Shown: positions 11,013-23,600 of the stretch, in pieces | Layout of the letters: every line of letters begins with the position of its first letter | Position numbering within the stretch: the stretch's first letter is position 1 | Assembly (NCBI GenBank): GCA_010015585.1 | Contig: ML975150.1 | Reading direction: 5' to 3' (one strand) | Source of the DNA: Eremomyces bilateralis CBS 781.70 | Taxonomy: Eukaryota | Length of the DNA stretch: 64,000 nucleotides | The notes under the pieces: model-generated | What the model was told of the DNA's origin: nothing | Database searches by the model: none | Seen by the model: the letters and a program-made list of their open reading frames with translations, nothing else | Translations under genes and position numbers: made by a program

Positions 11013-14000
11013 ATGGTTGGCCGAGGCGGCCGGCTACCATTCGCGTATCGAAGAGGACCGGTGACGATATTCAGCGCGATAATATACATCTCCCTTCTCA
11101 CAGCTCTCCTGGTTATACACAATACCGTTCCGTCCGCTCATAACGATTACATTCCAGAGGAGATTAGCCTGGATGAAGCGTGGCATGATCTTCAGCGCCT
11201 GACCAAGAGGTAAGTTTCAACAGGAGAAGACCCTTTCGGCCTGGCTGATGATTTGAGTATTCAGTTTCCATCCGTACAATAGCCATGCAAACGATGATGT
11301 ACGGAACTGGCTCCTTCTCCGCATCGAAGAAATTCTCGGGAATGGCAAAGGTCCGTCGGCCAGAGTCTCGGAAGACTTCGCTACCGTGGAAAATGATCTT
11401 TCTTCCAACGTGACTTCTAGTTCTCAGGGTTTGAGCGTGTACTTTGAAGGTACCAATATCATGGTGCACGTTAAAGGCACGCCGGAATTCAGCCACCTTG
11501 GGGCGGTCCTCGTCAATGCCCACTACGACAGCGTATCTACGGGATACGGTGCCACTGATGACGGGGTGGGTGTGGTCTCCATCCTTCAACTAATCAAGTA
11601 TTTCACGACGGGAAAGCATCGCCCTAGGCGAGACATCATATTTCTGCTCAATAATGGTGAAGAAGACTTCCTGAACGGTGCTCGGGTGTTCATGCAACAC
11701 CCAATATCCTCGCTCCCCCGTACCTTTCTCAATCTTGAAGGGGCCGGAGCGGGAGGTCGAGCAGTACTTTTCAGAAGTACTGATACCGAAGTGACGAAGT
11801 TCTACAAGGCTGCTGGGCATCCATACGGGTCGGTCCTCACAGGAGATGGCTTCCAAATGGGCCTAGTCCGCAGTCAGACAGACTATGTCGTTTTCAATGG
11901 CGATCTCGGCCTCCGTGGCTTGGATGTCGCATTCTTGGAACCTCGTGCACGGTAAGTTGTATTCTAATCAGTCGATACGAAGAGGATCTTCTAGACCCCT
12001 CGACTGACAATGCAATCATTACAGGTATCATACGTCTGAAGACTCAACCAGGTACACTTCGATTGACTCTGTCTGGCACATGCTGTCAGCTGCCATAGCA
12101 ACTGTTGAAGGCCTTGCGCTCGATAAGAGTGAGGAATACCAAGGCCGTGTTTCCAACGATAAACGAATCGTGGATAATGGTGGTAGTCGTGCCGTCTGGT
12201 TCGACATGTTCGGACAAGCGTTCGCACTTTTCAAATTGCGGACAATGTTCATAATCTCCATCTTGTTACTTGTCCTGGCACCTCTATTCCTCATCATTCT
12301 CACCGTGGTTCTGGTGCGTCAAGACAAATGGTACCTTTTCGATGGCCGAGTTGTTACTATCAACTACGATGCCGGACCCGACGAAGGCCAGCTGCCACAA
12401 AAGTACAAGATGAAGGGGTTATACGGACTTTGGCGCTTTCCCGTGACGACCATCGTGTCGGTTGGCCTATTGGCTGGGTTTGTGCAACTGACAATCCGAG
12501 TTAATCCTCTGATTGTGTATTGCAGCCCATATGTTGTGTGGAGGTAAGTCAACGATACATAGGCATATGAGCCAACATTATCTAGCCTCTTACCGTTGCT
12601 AATGACCTACAGCGAATTCCTATCCCTGTTCTTTATCTTTTTCTGGTTCCTTTATAGGAGCGCTGATTTCACGCGGCCGTCGGCTCTTGTCCGTGTGTAT
12701 TCATTAATTTGGCTCTTCATCTTGTCCTGGGTCGGTCTCGTTCTCGTTACCGTTTCGGAGAACAACTATCAACTCGCTGGAGGCTACTTTATATTGTTCT
12801 ACTTTACTTCGATCTTCGTGGCAACAGCTATATCGTTCTTGGAGATGCTGGTCCTCATGAAAAAGCGCGTCTACCTTGAGGACCTCCCTCGGCTGAGATG
12901 GTGGCACAAGCAAAATCACAAGGATGACGACGAGTCTGATGACACTCGTCCATCGTCCCATAACAGACAAGCAGAGGACAATCAAGATGCAACCGAATCT
13001 TCTGCTTTACTTCAGTCGTCGACATCCTTCCAGGGGTACGGCTCACGACGACGCTCAAGGGATGAGGGTAATGCCGAGGAGCTTGAGAAAGAGGAGGGGA
13101 AATTCGACTACTTTGGAGAAGAACAGCATTGGAGTGGGATGCTGCCCAAGTGGACATGGGTCTTACAGATCCTAGTCTTGGCTCCGATCAACATCATCTT
13201 GGTCGGCCAAATCGGACTGCTGATTACATCTGCTCTGCGCCAAACGCCTGCGGATGGAAGCAGCGTTGCCGCAGCCTATGTAGTCATTGCCGCGTTTTCT
13301 ATCCTTATTGTTCTCCCTCTAACCCCTTTCATTCATCGATTTACCTACCATATCCCCACTCTGTTGTTGGCTGTTGCCGTCGGAACGGCCTTGTATAACC
13401 AATTGGCTTTCCCATTCGACCAAGGAAATCGACTTAAAGTCTTCTTCCGGCAGGATCTCGACCTGGACACTGGAGTCAACCGTGTCTCAATCACAGGACG
13501 CAGTGACTATATCCATTCCGTCATCGATTCACTCCCCTCCTCCAGATCGATGCAAGTCACATGCAATCCTCCGCCACAAGAAAATCGTTACGGACTACTT
13601 GACTGCTCCTGGCAGGGACTTCCCCCCGCGGTGGTCCCCCGAGATCCCTCCGTCCTGCCCGAGAAGAGCTATATCGATTATATGCACTTGGACGTGGTTC
13701 GCAGCAACCTCTCATCCGAAGGAACCATCACGATCTCCGGAAATAACTCTCGCGCTTGCAAGTTATTCTTCGACCCGCCCTTATCCGACTTCAAGATCGT
13801 GGATCCCCCGAATGCGGCAGAAGATCCCCGATTCAAGCCTGTTGGGCCCGATGGGGTCAAGGAACTTCGCATGTGGAGCCGTGAATGGGAACGCGGTTGG
13901 AAGGTGTGGGTGAAATGGGGGAAGGAAGGGGGGCTCGATGGCAGAGCTGTATGCGCATGGAGTGATCAGAATGATCCAGAAGCCATTCCGGCGCTCACTG

Positions 14001-14086
14001 AAGTGCGGAGATATGCGCCTCATTGGGTCACGGTCAGCAAGACGACTGATGGGCTTGTTGAGGGGTTGAAGAGGTTCAAAATGTAG
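11013..14086 (+). CDS. PFF1: vacuolar membrane protease, peptidase M28 (FXNA-like)
   Basis: Exons 11013-11209, 11265-11951, 12025-12543 and 12613-14086. Motifs [36 protein letters not shown] and RYHT, then multiple TM helices and a luminal C-terminal domain. Confidence 0.92.
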
Positions 14087-14530
14087 CTAAGTACATGTCA
14101 TACCTGGTTTCTAGAACACTTCCTTTCTTAGAGCCCTGGTTTGGGACCTTTAAATGATGCGTGGATAAAAGGAATCGACCCCATGGAGGTCATTCACTAT
14201 TCACGAGGCGTTGGTAACAATTCGTGCCATTAGTGAAATCAACACAGTGATAATTTGGATCGGCCACTTCCACTTTCCCCCCTACCACTAGCCTGATATC
14301 AACACACCACTACAAACTCTCATCTTTGAGAGCCAATTCTTCAATTCAACAAACTATTCCATGTAGGGACTAGTCGTCTCATCGCCTGGACTCTCCATGC
14401 CATAACATTGCCAAAGAACCGATTTTCACGAAAGTAATGTTCGAATCGGACCTAACTCATATTTACCTACCTTAGCTAACATTTCTTGTGCTAAGACGAA
14501 ACACAGCAACGCATATCCTCCTGCTAAACC

Positions 14531-14720
14531 ATGGGCGACTACGAGCAAATCTCACCCGAAGGTGACCTCGTCTTCCTCGTCGGCAAGGAGAAGGTTCCTA
14601 TGCGAGTGGACTCCTTCATTCTGAAGCGTCATCCTGCGGTCTTCAAAGCGATCCTCAGCTCGAACTTCCATTAAGGTCAAAAGCTTGAATCGAACAATTT
14701 CATTCTGGTTTGACGATGAC
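14531..14720 (+). pseudogene. BTB/POZ domain gene fragment
   Basis: MGDYEQISPEGDLVFLVGKEKVPMRVDSFILKRHPAVFKAILSSNFH*GQ follows the fungal BTB N-terminal pattern. There is an in-frame TAA at 14672-14674 and the frame is lost soon after. Confidence 0.65.
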
Positions 14721-14996
14721 TGTCCCTAGTCTGGTAGACTTTTGACTTCATTCGCACTGATATCATGATTCAAGGAGAGACACTAAGGCCTCCTGTGTTG
14801 GTAAACGTTAGATTCATACTCATCGCTGTTGTATACATTCAAACTGGGATGCTATAGAAGCGAAGGCCCACTGCTCTCCAAGGTGCATTCTCGAGTAACA
14901 ATGATCCGACCGAACTCCAAAGTAACAACCCATGCATCCAGATGCATCCTTTCCTGACCTCTCCCATGCGAGAGGTACGTACTACAAAATATCCAT

Positions 14997-16222
14997 CTAC
15001 TCCTTCTCGACAGCATCCACGTATCGAGGAGGTGCCTCACCAGCCTCGTTCACATCAAGCTTAGCATTCTCGGTGGCAGCCTCGTCCTCCTTTCCATAAA
15101 CTTCAGATTCCTCATCATCCTCAAGCGCCACAGATCGATACGCTCCACGTCGAGATCGACGAACCGAATTCCAGACGGCCGCGACACCGTAGCCGATAGC
15201 AACCAACAAAATGTAGGTAGCCGCGGCAGCAGAAGCGCCGACCAGGAAGGGGACGACGAGCACGAGAACGATCCACTTGATGGCGTGGAGGAAGCGATTT
15301 GCGTGCTTGTGGCCATGATGATTATGTGGGCCGTGCTGCATGTGGTGTCGTCCGGCGCCGTCATGGTGGGAGTGCGGCCCGTGGTGCATGTTCGTGCCTG
15401 GACGGAACACACGATCAACGCCTGGGGGCTTGCCGTGAGGTCCCTTCCCTCCACCATGGCACATGCTACCGATCTTGTTGCCGACCGCATGAGCCTTGTT
15501 CATGACGATATCGCGCCATCTACAGATGAGCGGGTGCGTGTGGCATTCGCGGGGCTTGCTCGGATCGGCGACCTTGATTCCCGCGATCATGAGCTGGGCC
15601 TCGGGGTCCTTGATGGCATTGATCTCGATCCGGGGAACGTTGACGGCGGCACCGGCAAGACTGCTCACTTGAACCTCGATCTCGATTAGCTCGTGGCCGT
15701 CTTCGGAGACTGTGTCAGCGCTGATGGCATTGATTGACCATGACGTGATCGGGTGGGGTGATGAGATGTAATCGTTTGGATTTGCTCGAATATCGTCAAT
15801 CGATACGGAAGAAGCGACATGTGGGACTGCGGGCATGGCCGGCATGAGACTGAGTGACATCTCCGGAGGATAGAATTGAACGGAGTTCATCTCCAGAGTG
15901 GTCGGATCGGAGCCAACTGAGATATTCAAGAGCTACGGTTTGTAAGTACGCCATTCATGAAGGGTCGCTGTTGACCTGTGCTGGAACGTACCAATGACTG
16001 CTCGCCACCCTGATCCCATACCAGACCATTCTCGGTCATCCTCGCGAACTGGCAGCCTGGGCATGGCACCTTCAGGAGCTGTGTGTATGGATCGACTATT
16101 CCCAAAGCCCCAGGTGACCCTGATGATGAAATGCCTTCGATCGTGACATCTGGAGGAAGGAGGAAAGCGTTCGCTGCCAGCGCAAAGGCGGCAGCGCTCA
16201 GGCCGACAGTACGGGAGATCAT
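14997..16222 (-). CDS. signal-peptide, single-pass membrane protein with His-rich juxtamembrane region
   Basis: Exons 16222-15992 and 15932-14997 (intron GTACGT..TAG). Signal peptide MISRTVGLSAAAFALAANA, CPGC, CHTHPLICRW, a His/Gly tract, a hydrophobic segment, and a PPRY near the C-terminus. Confidence 0.85.
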
Positions 16223-16930
16223 GGCGGTTGTGGCAGAGAGGAGCAAACGGAAACTTAGAAACGCTACACTGTTATGGTTCGAAGTGATGCAAGTTGGATG
16301 ATACGCTGGTAGATAGATGAAGGTTGTTGGAGACAAAGAAAGATGAGGATGGTTACCTATTGATGGAGGCTGGTGGGGGCTGAGCAGTTCATTCACTGGC
16401 GGTGGGAAGCGGAGAGTGATTGCGTATGCGTCACGTGACAATTTCTTCAATACAGACCCTGTCAGGGCTGTCACAGATTAAGGAAAGTGGCACCAGCGCT
16501 AGGCTGCTTTCCAGTCCCAGTTTTGTGTCAGACCCCTGGATCACATGATATCAACATGGATTCGGATGTTTGACGCCTGACGCCTTGACGCCCTTGAGGT
16601 TTCATGACCACAACGTGAAGGACACCACGTCTTCATTATAACGCTGATGAGCCCTCACAGAGTATAGTAGTATATAAGTATGCCCATAATATTGGACTGT
16701 GGTATACTACTTATTCTATTATTCTCCTAGTCTGGAGATATCCATTTCATCTTTGCCGTTTATCTGTTCAAATAATCAAATTGCTATCGAAATATGCTCC
16801 GAGGAGAATGATCTGAGAACACTTCTACGGCTCTCATACTTCTTCTCTATTATGCCTCTTGGAGAGAAAGATTATTTTACTGCCCTTGTCTCTGTCTTAT
16901 TAAATATTATAGAGCCTCCCTGCTTACGGT

Positions 16931-17494
16931 CTACTGCTTCGTTGTCCCTATACAGTGCACAAGCGAACGTATCCATCGATCTCGCATTTCCACGGATTTC
17001 ATCCAGATACCCACCATCTCTTCGCTCCCTTCGTTCTTCCAGGTGATGTCCAACCAAAGCCCATGGCCCTCTGTCCAACCAAATTCTAGAACTGAATCAA
17101 GGGGTATCTTACTCTCAAGTTGCATCGTACGGTTCGGTTCCCGACTCGCATCCCCCTCCTCTGGATCCCGTCTCTGGAAGCGAAGTAGGGCACTCTCAAA
17201 GAAGAGGAATGTATTGATATGATTGAGGGAACGCGGTGTCATACACAAGCTGCATGGCGCTTCTTCGAAGAGAATGAGCGCCCCTAGCTCGCTCTGTCTG
17301 GTTCCTCGCCAGTCCCATGGCCCGGAAAGTAGAGCCTCCAGAAAGCGGCTTTCCGCATCGTCGTCCTCATCCGAGGAGTCGAGGCTAGTCTGCGGTTCTA
17401 TCGAACCAGCATGCTTGATGTTGATCAAAAGTGTATCGAATAGTTTGGCCGCATCTTCCGCGCTATCGTCGTTAAGATCCCTATCATTGGACAT
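16931..17494 (-). CDS. stand-alone Cdc24/Scd1-like PH domain protein
   Basis: 187 aa from the ATG at 17494. Blocks DWRGTRQSELGALILF, FLFFESALL, MQLESKIPLDSV and LDITWK..EMRDRWIRSL follow the fungal Cdc24 PH pattern. The 5' end is uncertain. Confidence 0.5.
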   Translation of the reverse strand: MSNDRDLNDDSAEDAAKLFDTLLINIKHAGSIEPQTSLDSSDEDDDAESRFLEALLSGPWDWRGTRQSELGALILFEEAPCSLCMTPRSLNHINTFLFFESALLRFQRRDPEEGDASREPNRTMQLESKIPLDSVLEFGWTEGHGLWLDITWKNEGSEEMVGIWMKSVEMRDRWIRSLVHCIGTTKQ

Positions 17495-18205
17495 TGTTAT
17501 ATCGTGCAGAGTCTCCTTGTCAGACCGCACCTCACTGGCACTTATTAACGTTACTAGCGGAGCTTGATTAAGGCGAGATCTTCCTGTCTTGGCTCAGTTC
17601 CGATTAGAGAATTTGTCCTGGTTGATTTGGTTGCCTTTGCTCTGGCGGTAGTATCTCCGGATCGTGCGAGTACAGAATTCAGGCTAATATATGGAAGATC
17701 CAGGACCCTATTCACGCCCAGATTAAATGACTCCTAAGCTTCTATTTTATATGAACGCGGCTATCGTCGGGATGGCTATTCACTCCATTGTCAATGTCCA
17801 TTTTAGCGTCACAGCCCAAGATTGCGATCTCTCCTTTCGCTGGATAGATTGGATGATGATAGACCTCCACTGCCAATGTACGTCTCCATGACAAGCGAAA
17901 GCGGAAGATTTGCATGGAATATAGCAACGGGAGGATAATTATTGACGCTGACTAATTTGTCGGGAGAACACCTGCCCGACTTGGAACAGGAACGATGATC
18001 CACTCCACGTGTTTCTAGAACTAGGGGTGTACTTCTGGATTACCAACCTCTCCTGGATCAGAAAATTGCACACTTGAACGTGTGGCTGTTACCTTGACCA
18101 TTTTATGGCAGTGGAGTAGAGTGGTATCAAGTGACCATAGCTCTTAGATGAATTGATATGGCATTGGAAATCCCCGCTTCACCTCGATATTCTCTGCAAG
18201 AGATT

Positions 18206-18387
18206 AGGGCCGTTAAAAAACTGGTAGGCGCCAATTGATATTTGGTTTACCGTAAACAATTAGTTAATCGCACACTGTCTTCAAGATATCGCAATATTGT
18301 GTGGTTTGACTAGATTTAGTGACCGGAGTGCATAACTACGGGTAACCAATCTAGGTTTAAACCAGCCCTACGGTTTTTGATAGCCCT
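18206..18387. mobile_element. degenerate MITE-like inverted-repeat element
   Basis: The left end AGGGCCGTTAAAAAAC resembles the reverse complement of the right end, AGGGCTATCAAAAACC. There is also an internal inverted pair TTGGTTTACCGTA / TACGGGTAACCAA. No clear target-site duplication. Confidence 0.4.
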
Positions 18388-18737
18388 CAGATATTGCGAT
18401 ACGCTACTGAGGCCATAACCTTTGATATCTATCAATTGTTTGTCATCACAAGAGCATTGTCATCATCAAGACGTGAATCGGGAGTTAGGTACTTTTATGG
18501 TGACATAGCACGACCGCATTCGGCAATTGCCCGATTCCCGCCCCGCCCAGATTAGCGCTCTACTGGCAGCGGGGTCCGAGGTCGCCATATTAATAATTGC
18601 CTTGATTGATCATTGTTTGAAGCAATTGAGCAGTACATATAAATTGGACATACCGGAGCTACTTTTTTGGAAGGGATAGTTTCCTTATCTCACTCATTTT
18701 CAACTAGCTCCTGACCGAATCCAAAAGAGCGTGGAAA

Positions 18738-20142
18738 ATGGCTTCGAAACCGGAACTCCAACAGGTGTATTCCAAAGGCATATACCATGGCCTCCCTGTC
18801 TACCCATCCGAAGTCAAAGGCCTCACGGCGATCGTCACTGGTGCAAATGGAATCTCCGGGCAACATATGGTCCGCGCCCTCGGCGAGGCCCCCGAACGAT
18901 GGGCGAAGATCTACTGCCTGTCTCGACGCCCTCCGGCCGTCGCAGACGCACTGCCGCCGAATGCGGTGCATATCCCGTTGGACTTCATGACGTCGCCAGA
19001 GGAGATCGGTCGGGTGCTCAAAGAGAACGGAGTCACGGCGTAAGGAAAAGGATGGTCTTCTGATGCAGCCAGGATACGCACTGACGCTTGAGTAGCAACT
19101 ACGTCTTCTTCTATTCGTACATTCAAGTGCCTTCAAGTGACGGGAAACGCCTCTGGGACAACGCCGACGAGATGGTCCGTGTCAACACCCTCCTCCTCAC
19201 CAATTTCCTTGAAGCGCTTCCCCTCGCGTCTATCATGCCCAAGAACATTATGCTGCAGACCGGCGCGAAGAACTACGGGGTTCACTTGGGGCCGGCCGTG
19301 TCTCCGCAGGACGAGGACGATCCTCGCATCCTTTTGGAGCCAAATTTCTATGCGTCGCAAGAAGACAGCCTTTGGGCATTCTGCGGCAAGCACGGGATTA
19401 ACTGGAGCGTCGCGCGCCCATCGTGGGTCGTCGGCGCGGTCCCTGACGCGGCCATGAACATCGCGTACCCGCTCGCTGTCTATGCGACAGTGCAGAAGCA
19501 CCTCGGCCGCAAGTTGGAATTCCCCTCTGATATCATTTCATGGGAGAATGCGCAGGTCAACAGCACGGCGCTAATGAACGGGTACTTCGAAGAGTGGGCG
19601 GCCTTGTCGCCGCAGGCTCAGAATGAAGCGTTCAACACCACGGATGACTGCATGTGGTCGTGGGCGCGGTTCTGGCCGGAGTTCGCCAAGTGGTTCGGGC
19701 TGGAGTACACGAGGCCGGATCCCGAGAAGGATCAGTACCAGGAAATGTGGAACAAATATGATCCGCCGCCGAGAGGGTGAGTTGCAACTGAGGACGGGAG
19801 AGACAGTATACGAATTCAACTGATCGTTTCGATAGATTCGGGGGTCCGGGAAACATGAAGGCACGCTTTACGCTCACATCATGGGCAAAGCAACCGGAGG
19901 TCCAGGCTGCGTGGAGGGAGATCGCAACGAAGCATGGCCTCATTGAAAAGGAGCTCCGAGACCCGGACCGTGTTTTCGGCTTCGCGGATGCGGCACTTCT
20001 CCTCTCGCACCCCATTCAGATGAGGATGGGCAAGGCGAGGAAGCTGGGTTGGCACGGCTTTGTGGACTCGTCGGAGAGTTATCGAGAAACGTTCGAGGGC
20101 TTCGTCAAGCTAAACATGCTTCCACAGCTGCCGTGGCAATGA
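18738..20142 (+). CDS. PRISE-like (progesterone 5-beta-reductase/SirQ-like) atypical SDR
   Basis: Exons 18738-19039, 19096-19776 and 19836-20142. Motifs AIVTGANGISG, LSRRPP, LQTGAKNYG, EPNFY, WSVARP and KARKLGWHGFVDS. Confidence 0.9.
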
Positions 20143-20209
20143 GCAGGGGATGAAACACGTTACAAGCCTGTCTCCCTGTAGTAGTGTCTATATCGATCGA
20201 GAGCTGCAT

Positions 20210-21688
20210 TCATCGGTAACCTCCTCTTTGGGAATTAGCCCACCTGCTTTCAAGTTCGGCTGCCCTTCTTGTGGCTTCGGCTCGTTGCTTGGCAGATGCT
20301 TCGGCCTGTGAAGTTGCGTAATCCGGTAATTCATCGTCGGAATCGTCGTCACTCTCAAAACTTGAGCGACGCGGTATTCTCGCCGAAGTGGATGGTCGGA
20401 GCGTCGGTGGCGGTCGTGGAAAGGGGTAGGGGGCGGTTCGGACTGGAGATACCTCCCGTTCTGAATATTGATGACCGCCGCGACGCGTGGGTGGTGAAAG
20501 TGGCCCGGTTGTCGCCGCAACTACAGTGGGATTAGGGTAAGAACTTTCAAATGGAGGGGAGGTGATTCTCGAGCTTGGGTCGAAGTGCGGTCGGTTGGCG
20601 GGTGGTGGTTGAGAAATCGATCGTTGCAACTGGGTTGGTATGTTTTGTATCCCAGTAGATAGATGGGCGGGAGAGAAGTCCGGTTGAGCCGGGAGGAAGG
20701 TCTGCGGCAGTGTATAGTTCTGAGGCGATGAGACAGAGTTTTCAAGAGACATAGCGTTGAATCCTGAAGTCGCTTCAACAAATAAGCGAAAGTCTGAGCT
20801 GTCAAGGACTTCATGATGCTGCTCAGACTCAGTCCGTCTTCTTGTCGATCTCGGTGACAAAGATGACGCTTGATTGTCTTCAGCTGACGGAGTTGAGAGT
20901 GATAGTGTCCGTTGACCCTGAGAAGTCCGGGCATATGGCAGATCGCTTGGTCTCAGCCTACTCGAATCCCGAGCAGGCCAATTTGAAGGGTGAGGACTCG
21001 GCGGAACTAGCGAGGAGTTGCTCCTGCCTAGAATCGACGCGCGTGACCGACGAGACGATGAGGAATTCTCCCAAGGATTCGATGATATCGGGCTGTAATC
21101 AATTGCTCGCCGGGGAGGCGCATACGCAGTGTATGTTGGCTGAGAGGGTGCTCCAGGACCGCTGGATGGTGGAAATTTTGTAACGGTCGAGGGCGCAGAC
21201 CTTGGAGGACGTCCGTCTCCGAACTGATCTTGGGGACCCTGAATCTCGAGTTGTTGCGGCGTCGCTTTTGGTTTCCGCGCCGGTCGTGATTGGTCGTCCG
21301 AGTTGCCGCGAGACATGAATGCTCGGAATGCTTGCAGTGGTGATGTCGTAGATTTCGATTCCTCTTGTCGTGACCCGCGTAGAGTTGTTGGACTAGTAGA
21401 CAGTCGCAGACTCGGCGCAGGTCCAATTGGGGTAGAAGGTGGGATCGCAGTTGAGGGACGCTGTATCTGTGACAATCCGTCACCGGCACTGGACGAACTG
21501 GAATCATAATTCCGACGTCGTTCCCAATGGGACGGCGCGGGATATGTCTGGCCTTTATCTGGAGCCATCCAGGAAACTGTCCCAGCCACGCTATGAAGAA
21601 GAGACGACTCCGACGGAACAAGAGAGGTAAGACAAGACAACGGAGATTGTTGGTAGCACGACTGGCCTGATTGTCTTAAAACAAGCAT
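20210..21688 (-). CDS. Ser/Pro/Arg-rich hypothetical protein
   Basis: 492-aa ORF, mostly low complexity. The C-terminus DDELPDYATSQAEASAKQRAEATRRAAELESRW looks structured. An alternative ATG lies at 21568. Confidence 0.7.
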   Translation of the reverse strand: MLVLRQSGQSCYQQSPLSCLTSLVPSESSLLHSVAGTVSWMAPDKGQTYPAPSHWERRRNYDSSSSSAGDGLSQIQRPSTAIPPSTPIGPAPSLRLSTSPTTLRGSRQEESKSTTSPLQAFRAFMSRGNSDDQSRPARKPKATPQQLEIQGPQDQFGDGRPPRSAPSTVTKFPPSSGPGAPSQPTYTAYAPPRRAIDYSPISSNPWENSSSSRRSRASILGRSNSSLVPPSPHPSNWPARDSSRLRPSDLPYARTSQGQRTLSLSTPSAEDNQASSLSPRSTRRRTESEQHHEVLDSSDFRLFVEATSGFNAMSLENSVSSPQNYTLPQTFLPAQPDFSPAHLSTGIQNIPTQLQRSISQPPPANRPHFDPSSRITSPPFESSYPNPTVVAATTGPLSPPTRRGGHQYSEREVSPVRTAPYPFPRPPPTLRPSTSARIPRRSSFESDDDSDDELPDYATSQAEASAKQRAEATRRAAELESRWANSQRGGYR

Positions 21689-23600
21689 TCTTTAACAATC
21701 AAAATGTCCAGGAGATGATGGTGAAGCCAAGCTCGAACGATGGAAGTTAGATAAGATCGTTCGGCAATGCAACTCCTGAAGAAAGAAGGGTAGGACAAGT
21801 TGGTATATGTGCAAGGAAAGTGAAACCTGCATTAACTATAATCGAAAATGGGAATAAAGAAATAGGATGGCCCAGGAAGAAATATCGTGGCGTTTGCATG
21901 AACCGAGTGGATGTGGAGGCAAATGGGCAATGAATAGACCGATGTCGTCCAGGCTTGTCATATGTATACGAGGACTTGGAAGAATAGGGCAAGGATTGGA
22001 TATGCACATCTGCTCCTCGAGATGTACCTGAAGAATATGGCGATTTGCCATAATAAAAGGAAAGTCTTTCACCTTTGCGCCTGTTTCGAACCAACGGAGA
22101 CCATAATCGACACTAAGAATTAGCATCTTACACCTGGATCATGCTTCGGCATGCGCTCGAAGGAGGCAATCCCTGGCGAAAAGGCATCGTACGAATCTGT
22201 CGATCACTCATCGTCGTCCCACTCTATTTCGAGCGAAGAGGAGCCCCTCAGACAGCCAGGAAACCACGGTGCTCACTCGGTCACTCCCTAGGCTGAATGC
22301 CATGGAGCGCGGCTATGCGGGCATGCGGCCACCTGATGGTAAATAATACCTGGATTGAAATGATTAAGCGAAGGCCCTGCGTTGACGCATCGAAGAAGCC
22401 ATATGCGCCTCGGAATGCTACACAAGGCACTCTTTGAAGTTTATTCCATCGCATGATTCTGGGGTCTGGATAACACTTGATGACACTGTGGAGAACTGGA
22501 GCGGTGCCGTCCGTGGCGCTTCATTGCAGATTTGCTAGCATGGAATACGGTCCTGCCGGTTTCCCTTTCCTATTTCGTTAACCCAGGTCCCTGGAAAGAG
22601 ACGCGAAGTGGAAACGGGAAATGGCAGAATCCTCGATCATCCTTTAGATAACTCATAATCCTTTCGGCCATTTTTCGGTCATCCTTTAGCAATGGGCTAG
22701 AAAGCAATGGGAAAGTTCCATCGGAGCATGATCGTATTTCCGCTGGAGGCCTGTATTAGATTATCAAAAAAGCCACGGTAACACTGGATTCCACGAAAAT
22801 TGACGACGCGCTGCGGAGGATCAAAGACTTCAAGACTTGGCTAAAAAGGTGAAATTACAGAAATGGTGAAATTGTTGGTGCCCGGTGCCGTCGTAGTGCC
22901 TCACTGTGCATGGTTCCAGAATCCCACCAGACCACCACCCGCTGCACAGCCATCCGCTAATCCTAAGAATAGATCCTACCCCAGCGCTATCAGAACTTGG
23001 ATTCCAGACATATTCACCCCCATGTATCACATGACTCGGCCGATTCTGATTTCTGAGTGTCGGATACGGAATACTCGGATGGGGTAATTACCGTATAGGC
23101 GTATAATACCCGGAATTGGTTTCAAGCTTTTGAAGGGAGGTGTGGGGGAATGCTGAATTACCTGGGAAGGGAGCATATTCTCCACCAGGCACCATGACCT
23201 GCCAGTAGTCACCGTCCAAAACTCCGTATGATACGTCCATTGCTTATTATCGCCACTGCCTGGTTGTCGATGTGACATACCTGTGCGGCTCTAATGTCGG
23301 GTGGTTCGTGAGGAGCTCTAGTTTCGGGCGTAAGGAGTAAGGGGCAGATCACAGATGTCTTCCGACCACATCTCTTGGCCGTACAGTATGTATCTTCCTC
23401 AGCCCGTCAGCCGTATCAGCATTTGAGGCTACTCAGCTCGAGATATTGGAAGCAGTGTGATTGCAACCTGCCATATCTAACCTAGACTGACGCTCACCGT
23501 AAGAGCGAAAGGGCGAAAAATAGATTATGACAATTTTAGAGCATTGAAGATCAAAGCTGTACTACTAATATTCAATATCTCGTGAGACCAACCGCCCGGA

